The translations under genes were made by a program, and so were the position numbers. DNA of 64,000 bases, from contig MU054187.1 of NCBI GenBank assembly GCA_013239625.1, positions 13,548,974 through 13,612,973 on the forward strand, given 5' to 3'. Shown here in pieces: positions 23,745-37,010 of the stretch (positions within the stretch are counted from its first letter, which is position 1; each line of letters begins with the position of its first letter). The notes under the pieces are model-generated. The model was given only the letters and a program-made list of their open reading frames with translations, searched no databases and had not been told where the DNA came from. Source of the stretch: Lama guanicoe. Lineage: Eukaryota.

Positions 23745-24510
23745 GTTTCAATGTTTGGCAGAAGTTTCCACACACCAATAAACAATTCTCCAACAATTCT
23801 TGTGGGACATTTCAGGGTGTCCCACAATTCAACTCAATTCTGACACTTTCTCCCTGGAGATAGCATCAGATTCCATAGGTGACGGGCTCAGTCCCACCAT
23901 ACTGCCCCCATCCCTATGTCAGAGGCCAGTAGCAAGCTCAGGTTGTCACTTGTGCTTCTGAGCAATGAGTTAGGGATTGGAAATCCCAGTGACCCCCTTC
24001 TTGGGCTTCAGATGCCAGTCACAAGTCCAGGTTGTTACCTGTACTTCCAATTGGCTGTAAATCAGAGGTTCTATTACCCCTTCCTTGTGTTTGATTAATT
24101 TGCTAGAGTGGCTCACAGAACTCAGAGAAACATTTTATTTGCTAGCTTACTGATTTATTACAAAAAGGATATAACTCAGGAACATCCAGATGAAGACATG
24201 CATAAGCCAAGGTTATGGGGAAAGGGCGTGGAGCTCCTGTGCCCGTTCTGGACTCTCCACAAATCTCCACATGCTCACCAATCTGGAAGCTCTCCAAACG
24301 CTCTCCTTTTAGTGTAGGCTACGTTACATAAGAAAGATTGAATAAATCATTGGCCATTGGCATCTGAATTCAATCTTCAACTCCTCTCCTGCTTTCCAAA
24401 AGTCACGTTAACTAGAGATACCTTTATAGCTCTCACCACTTAGGAAATTCCAATGGTTTTAGAAGCCTTGTGCCAGAAAGGGACAAAAATCAAATACATA
24501 CATATATATA
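23745..24510 (-). mobile_element. MER21-family LTR
   Basis: caattcaactcaattctgacact...ctggagatagcatcaga...gggctcagtcccac...ttgattaatttgctagagtggctcacagaactcagagaaac...aaatcattggccattgg. Confidence 0.85.
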
Positions 24511-24614
24511 TACTTTCGAATACATAGCCTCTCCCAATTTCTCACTAATGACACAGGAAAAATACTAGCAACTCATTCTAGAAATGAAACAAGAACACCA
24601 AAAGCCCTTATCAC

Positions 24615-24690
24615 AAACAACTATATATAGAATAGGTAAACAACAAGGTCCTACTGTATAGCACAGGGAACTGTATTCAATAACCAATTA
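24615..24690 (+). mobile_element. Short cetartiodactyl L1 3' fragment
   Basis: taaacaacaaggtcctactgtatagcacagggaactgtattcaata. Confidence 0.8.
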
Positions 24691-25639
24691 AAATAATAAT
24701 ATTAGCTGCAAAATTCTGGCTTTATTTTTTTATTGGGGGCAGGAGAACTCATTGCCCATATTTTCAAGAATAAAATCAGTTAGCAGGAGTTTTTTCCATG
24801 CCCTGCTTATCTTTTGCTGAAGCCAGTTACAGTGAGGAAAGAATCAGTATTGGTAGCTTTGCCAAATTACTCCCCTGCTTTTGTCACCAGAAATGTTTAT
24901 TCTTTGAAAAATTATCCAGGAAAGCACCATCATGTTTCAAGGGCTTAGGCCAACTTCCTCAGTGATGACTCAGGTCTCCCAACATCAAGACATGTTGAGT
25001 AAATATAGGTCATGGTAATATAAATTCCTTTTGCCATCATAAAGGAGAGCATCATTGGTGTAAACATCCTGTGCTCAAGAAGCACCATAATTTCTTTATA
25101 CAAATGTCCAAACCACAGCAATAAATGTGGCCAGAGTGTTGTGATGTGTCACAGGAGTCCACAAAGCTAAATCTGCTGCAGAAAGCAACATTTCCATTTT
25201 CTGCCCTAATTATCTTATGAGCCTTTTTATAATTGTAAATTCAAATACTGATTTTTAAAAAGCAATTTCATCTAATATATTTGCTCATATGCATCGTTCC
25301 AAAAATAGAATATTACAAAAAATGTTTAACAAAACTAGAAAACTCTATCATAGAGATCCTTAGGCAAGGGGGACATTGTAAATAGAGTTTAAATGTGTGT
25401 ATGTGTGTGTATCTAACATTCAGGAAGCATTGTCACTTACTCATTACACAAACCATTAGCAACTAATTGAACTTGCTTTATCTGTATGTTCATAGAGTTG
25501 CAGTAACAGACGAAAAAAATAAGTCAGGAACACAATACGGGAATCAGATCCCGTACTGAATGGACTTCGTGAAAAGTGAACTTCTCTAGCTATTTAAAAA
25601 CAAACAAACAAACAAAAAACTGTGTATATGCTCCACTTG

Positions 25640-25930
25640 GAAACTTGAATGTTGACTACATTTTTATACAATCAAGAGATTATTGCCAATTTTTTAGTAT
25701 GATAATGGTACTGTAGCTATGTTTTTAAGAGTTCTTATGACTTAGAGATACTAACTAAAATATTTACAGATGGAATGAGTGGTATAATGTCTGGAATTTG
25801 CTTCAAGATAATATGGAGCCTGGGAAGTGAGAGTATATTTGAAGCAAAATTAGTCACACGCTGATCATTGTAGCTGAGTATGATTACATGGGTACATGAT
25901 GGTTCCTCATACTATTTTGTCTACTTTCTA
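25640..25930 (+). mobile_element. L1ME-type 3' UTR
   Basis: gataatggtactgtagctatgttttt...ttagagatactaactaaaatatttacagatggaatg...tgtctggaatttgcttcaagataatat. Confidence 0.7.
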
Positions 25931-26264
25931 AAAACTCTGTAAGGGACATCTTAGTTTTCATGAATTGAACACACCTGTGTAACTGGCATCCAGAGGAAGA
26001 AACAAAATATCACCAGAACCTCACAAGACTTTAAATCTATCTGAATCTTCATATTTAAAGTATATTTTCTTGTAGAGAACATACAGTCGGGTCTTGTTTT
26101 GTCTGTTTTTAATCCACCCCAACAATCACTATCTTAACTGATATATTTAGATCATTTACATTTAAAATGGTTATTAATATAGTTGGATTGGTATCTATTA
26201 TGTTTGTGAGTGTTTTTCTATTTATTACACTATTTATTGTTCTTTGTTCATTTTTTTTCCTTCC

Positions 26265-26927
26265 TATATTAGTTTCCTAGGGCTGCCACAGCAAATTGCC
26301 ACAAACATGTTGGCTTAATTAAAGCAACAGACATTTATTTTCTTACAGTTCGGGAGGCCATAAATCCAAAATCAGTGTGTCAATATTGCTTGTTCCTTCT
26401 GGAGGGAGAAACTTTCTCATGTTCTTTTCTAGCTTCTGGTGTTTTCTAGTAACCCCTGGTGTTCCTTGTCTTGTAGGTGTATCACTTCAATCTCTGCCTC
26501 CATGTTCACATTGCCTTCTTCTCTGTGTGTCTCTCTGTGACATCTCCTCCTCTTAGGGACACCAGTCATTAGATTTAGACCATAAATCCAGGGTGAACTC
26601 ATCTCAAGATCCTTAAGTAATTCATCTGCAAAGACCCTGTTTCCAAGTAAGGTCAGACATCCTGAGGTTCTACGTGGACATGAACTTTGAGGGGGTGCAC
26701 TATTCAAACTTCAGTCCACTCTCTGCAGCCCTCTCCAGTTTACATTCATTACATGTGAAAATTATTCATCCCATCCCAACATCCTGAAAAGTCTTAACCT
26801 ATTCCAGCATCAACTCTAAGTGAAATCAGATACGGGTATGGTTCATCCTAGGGCTGAACTCCTCTCCAGCTACAGACCTGTGAAACTAGAAAACAAGTTA
26901 TCTGCTTCCAAAATATGATGTTTGGAC
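26265..26927 (-). mobile_element. MLT1B/C LTR (~26265-26712) plus adjacent MLT1 internal sequence
   Basis: tattagtttcctagggctgcc...gggacaccagtcatt...atctgcaaagaccctgtttccaagtaaggtca. It is followed by aaaagtcttaacctattccagcatcaactc...cctgtgaaactagaaaacaagttatctgcttccaaaata (MaLR internal). Confidence 0.85.
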
Positions 26928-27029
26928 GTTCTGTTTATGATGAACTATGTATTTTCTAAGTGAAAGAAGCTTTCTCTGCCATTCTCCTTAATTCTTTCTG
27001 AACCCTCGCCAGGATAGCTTTTCACAGCC

Positions 27030-27380
27030 GGGATGCAGGCTTGTGCCCTGCGAGGGGCAGGAGGGGAAGCAGGAGCAGGTAGGAAGAGCCCCAGACCACA
27101 AGGCAGCTGTGAGAAAGTCTTGTGCAGGCCAGTGCAGAGCCCAGAGCAGGGACTGACCATTACAGGGGGCCCTTCAGTGGGCAGGAAGAGCCCCGCTCTG
27201 GCACTCTGCTCCACTGGGCAGCTCAGGAGAGTGTGGCCTTGCTGTGAATGCTGCCAAGGATCCCAAAGGTGTGGCAGCTAGGTACAGTCAGCTAACTGCG
27301 CTCCTCACAGTTCTAGGTGGACATGAACTTTGGGAGGTTTTCTGGGAAGGTCTGAGTGGCGCATCCCCATGGCTGCCACA
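27030..27380 (-). mobile_element. LTR16A-like ERVL LTR
   Basis: gagaaagtct...aaggtgtggcagct...gtcagctaactgcgctcctcacag...tctgagtggcgcatc...catggctgccaca matches the reverse LTR16A 5' part. Confidence 0.8.
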
Positions 27381-28630
27381 GGGCACCATTCTGGAGAAGT
27401 CTGCTAGTGGTAGAGAAGCTTAAAGGAACTTCCAGCAGAGTCCTGATACTAAGGGGAAAAAATGAAACTTCAGGGTCTGCCCAGTGTTAAGAGGAACAAG
27501 GGGTTTGGGGAGTAACTTTGAGGGTCACACCCTAGGAATAGGGGCAAGCTGGAAAGGGCCATCTTCCGCAGGAACTAACCCCAGCTTCTGCTCAGGTCAG
27601 GCTCTGATGGGATTCAGGAGACCTGGAATCCCGAGCTGCAGCCTAGATGCTTACACTGAAAGCGGGTGCACATCCTCACAGAAGGAACAGTAAGCCTCAA
27701 ACGATCTATAGCTTTTTACCTTCAAGGATAATAAAAACACAAAGGTGAAATTGCATGTAGCCATGAATAAAGTCAACTTTGTGTAGTTTTTGTGATGCTG
27801 AAGTTGAATTCGCACCCAGTAGGTTAGACCTCCATGAACTAAGTACTAAGCATGTGGCTGATTACCAAGAGAAAATTTTAAAGCAGCCACTTGAGATCTA
27901 GAGTTCCCAGGGGAAAAAAAAGTAGAACTAGAAACATTAAAAACTCCTTCCAAGCTTTATCAAATTTGTGATTAGTAGTTTTAATTAGTAGTTTTAATTA
28001 TTAAGAGAGTTTGCTTTTAATGAGCATTTTGTCCAAATTAGTGCCAATGAATGGATACTTCGATAGTCACATCTAATTCATTACAAGCAGCATTCTGCAA
28101 TGCAATTCAGTATTTATTTCTTGGACATTTGCTTTGTGCAAGAAACTGAATGAAGCATTATGGTTTTTTTTTTAATGAAAGGAATTATTTTGCTTGAGAA
28201 GGAAGCAGTAGCAATTGAAAGGAAAAGGGACCAATGAAAAGAGACAAGATGGCAACATTCTAGCCCTGATCCTGGTATCATCTTGCAATGGGACTTTGGA
28301 TAATGTGCTTCAACAGGCTGGCTCTCAACTCAGAGTTCTGTGGAATGAGATAATTGGAAAATATGGCATTTTGTTCTAAAGCTGAATCACAAAATAGGTG
28401 ATTCTCTAAAGCATGTGTGCTATAGGAGAGGACTGTGAAATATTTCTAGAGTCAAAAGGCAAAGGATACTTGATCTTGGAGATCCTTCTCTCTACGACAG
28501 AGAACACACAGCCTGGTATGAGTTCGTTATAAGGAATGGCTTGCATGTGAGCAAAAAATCAAACAAAGGCATATGTTGTTTTAAAATCATTTTATTATAA
28601 GCATCCAAGTACTGTTACTAATCACCATCC

Positions 28631-29541
28631 TATGTGTTGTTTTCACTCATGACACTCCTGACACCAAATATGTGGATTTTTTTTTCCTCACCATCCAATT
28701 TGCCATCTCTCCAGACACCAACTGGGTCCTACAAGCCAATTCAATTCTGACAGTAACTTCTTAGAACTCAGACCCACAGGCTTAATGTCTTACTCCCACA
28801 AGACTACTCTGACTTTAGATGCCAGTCACAGGTTTGGGGTCCCCTGGTTACCTACAGTTCTGTACAGCTTGGCTACAGTTCAGTGGGTCCAATGACCCAC
28901 CCTGGATACAATAATATACTAGAATGGCTCACAGAACTCAGAAAAACCTATTGCCAGTTTATTATAAAGGATACAGTTCAGGAACAGCAAGTGGAAGAGA
29001 TGCACAGGACAAGGAATGGGAAGGAGCTAAGGGGCATGTGGCAGAACCTCCCTACCCTCTCCAGGCATGCCACCCTCCCAGCACCATGAGGTGTTCGCCA
29101 ACCTGGAACCTCCCTGAGCCTTGTTGTTTAGGAGCGTTTATGGCGATTTCATTACGTTGGCATGGTTGATTACATCATCAACCATTGGTGACTAGCTCAA
29201 TCTCCAGTCTCTCTCCCCTCTCAAGACATTGAGGGTGGGGCTGAAAGTTACAACTTCTACCCATACCTTGGTCTTTCTGGTGACCAGATTCCACCCTGAA
29301 GCTCTCTAGGGACCCACCGACAGTCACCTCATTAAAACATAAGACACTCCTGCCACCCAGGAAATTCCAAGGAATTTAGGAGCTGTATGTCAGGAATCAG
29401 GACAAGGACCAAATATTAGGAAAAAAGGATGCTTCTATCATCCCTACCACTCAGGAAACTATAAGAATTTTAGAACCTACATTAGGAATGAGGGACCAAA
29501 ACCAAATATATATATATATATATATTTCTCATTATGCTGCA
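28631..29541 (-). mobile_element. Near full-length MER21-family solo LTR
   Basis: MER21-type text throughout (ctagaatggctcacagaactcag, ggtggggctgaaagtt, ggaaattccaagg). Flanked by 5-bp TSD CATCC (28626-28630 / 29542-29546). Confidence 0.88.
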
Positions 29542-30565
29542 CATCCATTTCAACTTAGAAATAGCTATTTTATACTAAATCCTGTATCATAAGAAATTTA
29601 AACTGGGCTAGTACTTTTGATTCTTGAGTTTTACTGACAATTTACTATTTCCTAGAATATTAAGTCCATCAGGCTTTTAAGTTTTGAGTAACAGAGATTT
29701 ATTATCGTAATTTCATTCCCACAGAGAATTCTGATGGTCAGTGTCTTAGGTCAGTAAGTATCTAATGGAATCATGGAACTTGAAATAAATGTAATGTTTC
29801 TTACCAGTCTTCACAACTTATCACATGAAAAAAGGTGAAAAACTCTTGGCAAAACAAAAGGCTAAACAAAATCCTCAACAAAGTGCATGTGGATAATCTT
29901 CATTTTACTTTAATGTACTGTATTGTTAAATTCCTTAAGCTCTAAAGCTTAAACCACTTAAGTTTTTTTTTAGATTAAAAAAGGCTTGTATTTCTAATTA
30001 CGTATTTTGAAAAATTTAGTAAGAAGGTCACAGATGTCTTCACTACTCACTCCTTGGGAAGTTGGGAAGAACTACCCTTTTATGGCGTGAGGGCATCATT
30101 TATCATTCATACATTATTATCCCTATATGTTTTAAGTTATTTTGAAATTATAACTCTTCAGTCGTTGTACTTTGGAGGATACCACTGTGTAGGGAGAAAG
30201 GACTAACCTGAGCAAAACTTCCTAGAGTTCCCAGGATGGGGTTGAGTGGGTGATGGGCTGGTTCACTGAGGCTCTGAGGTGTCAACCTTGACCTCCTGCA
30301 GCCAGAAACTGGTTGAACTAACTGAGTGTCTTAGAGGTTTGAACCAGGAGATTTTGGTTCTTTTTGGATTTGGGTTCTAAATGGGAATTTTTAGCATTTT
30401 CTATAGGGAAAGGACAAGATGGAAAGAAACACATTTCCCATCAAGTAGCAAAATAATGACACATAAATAGGGGCTTGGTCAGGAAGTCAGGAGTCCAAGT
30501 GAAGCTTCCATGCCAGTTATGCCTGCTTTGCACGTGTTTAGAAATAGCTCATGTAAGATATATAC

Positions 30566-31430
30566 TTTTTTTAAATTGAAATATAGTTGATTTACAATGT
30601 TGTGTTAGTTTCTGGTGTACAGCGTAGTGATTCAGTTATACATATTCTTTTTCATTATAGGTTATTATAAGCTGTTGAATATATCTCCTTGTGCTATACA
30701 GTAGAACCTTGTTATTTATCTATTTTACTATTTACTGTTATATAGTAGCTTGTATCTGCTAATTCCAAACTCCTAATTTATCCCTCCCCCACCCCCTCTC
30801 CCCTTTGATAACCCTAAGTTTGTTTTCTATGTCTATGAGTCTGTTTCTGTTTTATTAATAAGTTCATTTGTGCCATATTTTAGATTCCACATATAAATGA
30901 TATCATATTGTATATGTCTTTCTCTGACTTGCTTCACTTAGTATGATAATCTCTAGGTCCACCCATGTTGCTGCGAATGGCATTATTTCATTCCTTTTTT
31001 ATGGCTGAGTAGTATTTATATATATATACACACATGTATTTATATATATATACACACATACACACACCACGTCTTCTTTATCCAGTCATATGTCAATGGA
31101 CATTTAGGTTGCTTCCATGTCTTGGCTTTTGTAATAGTGCTGCTGTGAACATTGGGGTGCATGTATCTTTTGAATTAGAATTTCCTCTGGATATATGCCC
31201 AAGAATGAGATTGCTAGATCATATGGTAACTCTATTTTTAGTTTTTAAAGGAATCTCCATGCTGTTTTCCATAGTGGCTGTACCAAATTACATTGCCACC
31301 AACAGTGTAAGAAGGTTCCCTTTTCTCCACACTGTCTCCAGTATTTATGGTTTGTGGACTTTTTAATGATGGCCCATTCTGTGACATGATAACTCCTTTT
31401 AGTTTTTATTTACATTTCGCTGATAATTTA
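30566..31430 (-). mobile_element. Cetartiodactyl L1 3' ~860 bp (ORF2 C-terminal end + 3' UTR)
   Basis: attgaaatatagttgatttacaatgttgtgttagtttctggtgtacagc...ttttagattccacatataa...ggacatttaggttgcttccatgtcttggc. Confidence 0.9.
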
Positions 31431-33630
31431 TGAACAATATAGACTCTTAAATATGCCTTTTCCCAGCTTCTTTTAAGTATAATTCTTTGTGAGAAGATTA
31501 ACTCCTTTAATGGGTTTTGGGGAAACAATAGAAAGAATTTGGTGCCCTGGGGCTAGTAGATTATGGAGGGACAGGGAATCTGGGGAAGCCAAATAAGATA
31601 CTCCCTTAGGATGGGTATGGAAAAGCTCGGAGCAAGAGGCCAGGTCTGCACATCTGACTGCCTCATCCCATCCGGAGACTCTCTAGCGTTCTAGCTGGTT
31701 CAGACTACGAAGGTCATGGTACGTCAGCTGGATAACGAACGTCTTCATCTTATATCATTAAAGAATACTTACTAGGAGTACTTTTTATGAAAGTAAAAAA
31801 GTCTTTTTCTTCTAAAGCATTGGAATATGATTTAATAAATCGAGAAGGCACTTTTGCTTCTAAGGTCTTAGAGAACTTGATTTGTTTAAAATGACAAATG
31901 TACCAACAACGGCTCCTGATTACTGCTGCTAGATGGGATTCATCAAATAACTTTTGTGGATCCATTCTCATCTGGACCGACCTTGGGACTCTCTTTTCCT
32001 TCCTTTACTGTTGCTGTTGAACTCTGTTAGAACGCTTTCCTATTTCACTTCCACATCAGCTTCCAATTCCCGCTGCTGCTCCCCACCTGCCTGGGTTTCT
32101 ACATTATTGATACTCAACAGGTCTGCAGGGCTGAGGTTTCCTTCAGCACTTTTCTGAACAAGAAACTTCAATTCACTGTAAGAAGCCTAATAATATTAAA
32201 ATTGCGCTCTCAGAGAGCATTTTTCATCTTCCAGACGCTTAATTCTGCCCATCAGGGCTCTCACTAGATGGAGATGAGGCTTTTAAAGCCCATTAGCCTT
32301 CCAAGAGCATCCCCCTTCTTCCTTGGGTTCAGATCATTTGCACACTTTTCCTCTGGGAGTGGCACCAGTAACGAAGGAATCAGCTCTTAACTGAGTTCCC
32401 GAAATTAAGCCCATCAGAGAAATTTTTCTCCAAGTCTTCCTTGGTCTCAGGTCCACCTCTTTACTGAAATCTCAATTTAAGCTTTTATCAGATACAGTTT
32501 CTATCAAAGTTTAGTTAGTAAACACTTCATCTGCACATATAATCACATAAATTAGGTTACATTGGAAAGCATTGAGAATAGAAGGGCAAAATTTTGGGGG
32601 GCAGAATTTAAAATGATATTTTTGGAACACAAAATTTAAGAATACCTTAATAAGGAAATAGATCTATATTTTAAAGATTATAGCTAAAGATCTTTATAAA
32701 ATCGGAATTGAATACATATTTGTGACTTCCAATTATCTCTCATATTCATATATTATGCTATTGCTTGTGTAGAGAGATCATTTTGTCATGTTGAATAACT
32801 GAGGAATGACATATATCAAACAGACCAGAAAGGTGTTCTATTGCCCGTGGAAAACGAACTACACTAGGGTGACACTATCACATGTGAAGAATTTTAAGAT
32901 TCTTTCTGAAAGACTTACTTTTTCATATTAGTTAATGAAATCAAAGGTTAAAATGAAAAACTTTATGGAGGGGCTCGCGCTCCATCCTATAATGCCAGGA
33001 TGTCTCCTTTTTTTCATCTAGAGTTTTCCTGCCCTCTTGGTGTATTCTGCTTCCATACCACAGAGATCAGGGTGCCAACATGAGCATCAGACAATTTTGA
33101 TTCTCACACAAACCATCTGTGTGATTTTGGTAGGTTATGTATGTTCTCTAAGTCTGAATCTCCCCGCCGGGGGGCTTGGGGTGATCATGTTCACCTTGCA
33201 GCTTCATTATGAGGATAACATAGCAGAATACTTAAAGATACCTGCTCTTATTATGTTCAGTGCCTAAAATACCCTATTTGTTTAAAAATGTTTATGGACT
33301 TGAGTTGTAGACCTATAGGCAGCATTCAATTCTATGCCCATATTATTTTGTTACTATGTGGCTAAAACTATTTCTAAAGTTTTTTTTTTCCTACAAGTGC
33401 CACTAATTTATAGATTACTTACTGGTTGTAGCCCTAACAAAGAGATCAATACAAATTACATCCTAAAAGTTTATCCAAATGACTTGACACTTCTGCTCAG
33501 AAGTGGCCAGGGAGACTGTATAAACGGGCCATTTATTTTGCTTGTCAGTGCCCTTTGAGACCCCTGGGAATTATGAAATGTTCTCTTGGCTGGGGCATCG
33601 GATTACTCATAAAGTCTCTCCCGTGGGTAA

Positions 33631-33762
33631 GTATATTAGTTTGCTAGTGCTGCCAAAGCAAAGTGCCACAAACTTGGTGACTTGAGCAGCAGAAATTTCA
33701 CGTCTCATTATTCTGGAGGCTGGAAATCCAATGTCAATATGTTGGCAGGGCTGGTTCCTCCT
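33631..33762 (-). mobile_element. MLT1 LTR fragment
   Basis: tatattagtttgctagtgctgcc...ccacaaacttggtgactt...ttctggaggctggaaatccaa...gttggcagggctggttcctcct. Confidence 0.8.
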
Positions 33763-34930
33763 AAATGAAATGATAGATGCTGAAATGAACAGATAGAAAA
33801 AATTAAGTGAGCCATAGAGATAAGACAAAGGGAAGAAAAGATCTTAAAAATAGAAAATAAGAGTAACAGTATCATAAAAGAGAGAAGAAGAGACATCATA
33901 TCCATGAAGCATAAGTATTCAGAGGAAAAAAAATCTTAGAATAATACATAATATATCATTTTTTTAAATTTAAAAATTCATTCAAAAATTTAGAAAATAA
34001 GATTGAGAAAATCTTAAAGAAAGTAGGGCAAATAGATAAAATAGATAGAAGAAAGATGAAAGATGGATGAAAAATAGCCAAAAAAAAAAAGATAACTAGA
34101 AGACATCCAGATATTTGGAATTCTAGAAAAAGGAAAAAGAGAAAATAGAAGGGAGGAAAGAAATATTTCAAGAAAAAAATTTTGTTGTCCAAATCATCTG
34201 TTTCTCCTCACAACAAATTTTCTTTACATTAGAAGACAGGAACTTGTAAACATGGGTAATTTAAAATAGAAGTAACATAATAGCCTGTCTAAAGCAATGA
34301 TAATTTAAAAACGCAAGCTGAAATTTCCTGAGAAATTTGAACACCTAAGTACATACATCACAGATCATGTCTTGACAATTTAAGAAAACTTAATCAATGC
34401 TCCTAATATTGTTTAATTTCCATGACAAACATTTCCATTACACAGGAAAGGAAAGGAGAAAAATATGAATTAATAGCTAATAAGCCTTGAGCTGTGAACA
34501 GCGATGAGTCTGATGCCTCCATAAATTGATATTTACGAATGGGGAGGGTTTAGAGCAAGGAGCCTGAGAGATTACCTAGTATAAATCCTTCATGGAAGAG
34601 TTCTAAAACCCAAAGTAATTGGTTAACTGACTGGTATTGATTTGATGTAGGACTAATTTTAAAATAAAACACATTCATTTTCTCTAGGTAGTGGATCATT
34701 TGTACAGAGATACACAATAGACAGAGTGTGTATAAAATCACAAGCAAGCTTTCTTTCTGCCTCCTGGCAACCCAGGACTCAATTGCAGGAAGGGGGAGAA
34801 TCCCCTGATAAAGAGGGAAGAAGGATTCTAGGCTAGTTTCAGTGCATCCCAATAGAGGAGAAGTGGACAGTCTTTCTCACTGGCTTTCCTACCTCTCTCT
34901 GGGAGAAAGGGGATAGAAAATAAGGCCATT

Positions 34931-35632
34931 TGTTTTAAAAGTTAAGTTTTATTATTATTCCAATATGGTGAAGCCAACAGACCAGAGATGATTCCCATTG
35001 AAAAGAGAGTTATTACAGATCCCAAGAAGAGGGACACACTCTGCCACGCAGAGCCACATGGGGAAGCACCGGCTTCTGTCAGGAGCGGGGCGGCGGAGGG
35101 AGCAGGGGCGCGAGCCTTTACTGTGATGTCAGTGGGAAGCAATGGGCAAGCCTGGATGAGCAGGTTTAGGGCTGGCAGGCTCTGGAGGGTAGGGGCTGTC
35201 CTGAGTTGTCTGATGCCTGGCCTCGAGTGATTAGGGCAGGAGCATATTGGCACTGATGGGAAAGCCCAGTACAGGAGGCAGTGGGACATGAGGGCTCTGG
35301 ATTGGCTAGTTTGCATTTGGAAGACAAGCTCCTAGAAATAGTTTATTCTTTCCAGGAATTGACTAGCCCTGGGGAAGGCACTCTCTTCAAGACATGCAAG
35401 GCCTCAAGATGCCAAAGCATCAGAAATACAGAAAACACAAGCTACTGTACATAAAATAGATAAGCAACAAGGATTTACTGAATAGCACAGGGAATTATAT
35501 TCAATATCCTGTAATAATTTGAAAAAAGACAATAATTTGAATCACTTTGCTGTACACCTGAAACACAGAATATTGTAATTCAATTGTACTTCAATTTTTA
35601 AAATACAGAAAATAAAAGCTGTGGTTAATACA
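34931..35632 (-). mobile_element. MER74-like ERVL solo LTR (interrupted by an L1 fragment)
   Basis: Termini TGTTTTAAAA... and ...GGTTAATACA (TG...CA) resemble reverse MER74. Perfect 5-bp TSD CCATT at 34926-34930 and 35633-35637. Confidence 0.85.
35436..35600 (+). mobile_element. L1 3' fragment inserted in the MER74-like LTR
   Basis: aacaaggatttactgaatagcacagggaattatattcaatatc...tgaatcactttgctgtacacctgaaac. TSD AAATACAGAAAA at 35424-35435 and 35601-35612. Confidence 0.85.
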
Positions 35633-36289
35633 CCATTCTACATGAGGTCTACATGGACCATTAACAGCAGTTTTCCTCAGCCAGAGTAGGATATCTTGCT
35701 GTTTTGCTTTGATTTATTTTTTCCTCTGCGAACATATTGGCTAAATGGGGAAACAGGAAGAGCTGGCCATCCACTAGTTGCAATAATAAGTATCTCGTTA
35801 ATATTTTCCCAAGGAATTGGCCATATTTTTTCACAGTTTCTGCCAAAATTCTTATATATTGTCATAATTTCTTTTCACAGTTTGCATCATTTAAAGAAGA
35901 ACCCAAACAATGATTTAAATTGTGGCTTATGGTCCTAAAATGAAGACGTGTCAGAGTATTTTGTTTAGATTAATCTTATTTTCTTTGTTTCTCCTTCCTC
36001 TCCCTCCCCTTTCCTTCCCTTTTAATCGGTCCTTTTTTACCTTTATTTTTTTCTTTCATCTGAGCTATCAAAGTAACTTCAAGATGCTATTAAGAAGATT
36101 GAATCAAGTTCACGTTCCTTAGGTGTGTCCAAGTAAAATACAAAAAACTAACTCTAGTCTTATAGAACAACATGCCAAACAAACAACACAGTGTCGAAGT
36201 CAATAAAAGGGCCATCTTATTAACCCCATAATACTACTTATTTCACCTTAAACCTTATGCTGAAAAGTCCCAAAATGTGATCAGTTAGA

Positions 36290-36388
36290 ATATTTTATTG
36301 GAATATTTTGAATTTTTATTGATTTTGAATAATTTGTTGATTTTTGAAGATTTATTGATTTTGAATAATTTTTGAATTTTTATTGATT
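36290..36388. repeat. AT-rich degenerate tandem repeat
   Basis: TTTATTGATTTTGAATAATTT occurs twice and TTTTGAATTTTTATTGATT twice, in overlapping arrangement. Confidence 0.75.
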
Positions 36389-36414
36389 GTCATAATGTCC
36401 TTAGCAATTTCTAG

Positions 36415-37010
36415 GTCACTCTTCCAGTTAGGATATAGAAATTTGAAAAAGATGATCATTCTCATCGTAACAATGAGAAAATATTAGATAAACTTTTCTT
36501 TAAAAAAAAAAACCTCTTTTTTGATCTACTTAAGAGCTGCAGAATTAGAGACGAGTAAACGAACTAAATTCTGGAGAGAGGAGACCCACTTCTAGGTGCA
36601 CAGAGACAGTGGCTGCTTCTCTCACTGGGGGAAGTTACTACATCTGGGGGCATGGTTGGGCAAAGAAGCAATCCTGTCCCAGACAGAAGTGTTTAGGAGG
36701 GAGCCCAGACTCAAAGCTGTCCTTCCCTCTTCCCTATCCAACCGTTCTCTTCCATGAGAGTTCTCCTGCATATGTTCCCCAGGTGGTACCTGGAAGCCAG
36801 AGGTGGGACTGATAATAGAGATCCCAGTTTTCCCCAGTGTTTATAGAACCCTGCCAAGGGAGAATCCTGAAGCCAACCTCAGGACATTTAAAATCAGAGA
36901 CAAACTGAAGCTAACTAATGCTGCAAGCCAACCTCGGCTCAGCTCCCTTCTCTCACCTGCCTCCAAGCCCACTCAGGACAGACCAAGATTCCTTTTTCTA
37001 AATTTCCATA
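36415..37010 (+). mobile_element. Old L1 5' UTR-like relic
   Basis: cttccagttaggatatagaa...aacaatgagaaaa...aactaaattctggagagag resembles L1MC/L1MD-type 5' ends. Confidence 0.4.

Noticed and set aside
27971..28000. 13-bp tandem duplication ATTAGTAGTTTTA x2, and short hairpins at 53392-53411 and 54615-54629
   Set aside because: Short slippage or chance-level structures with no supporting context.
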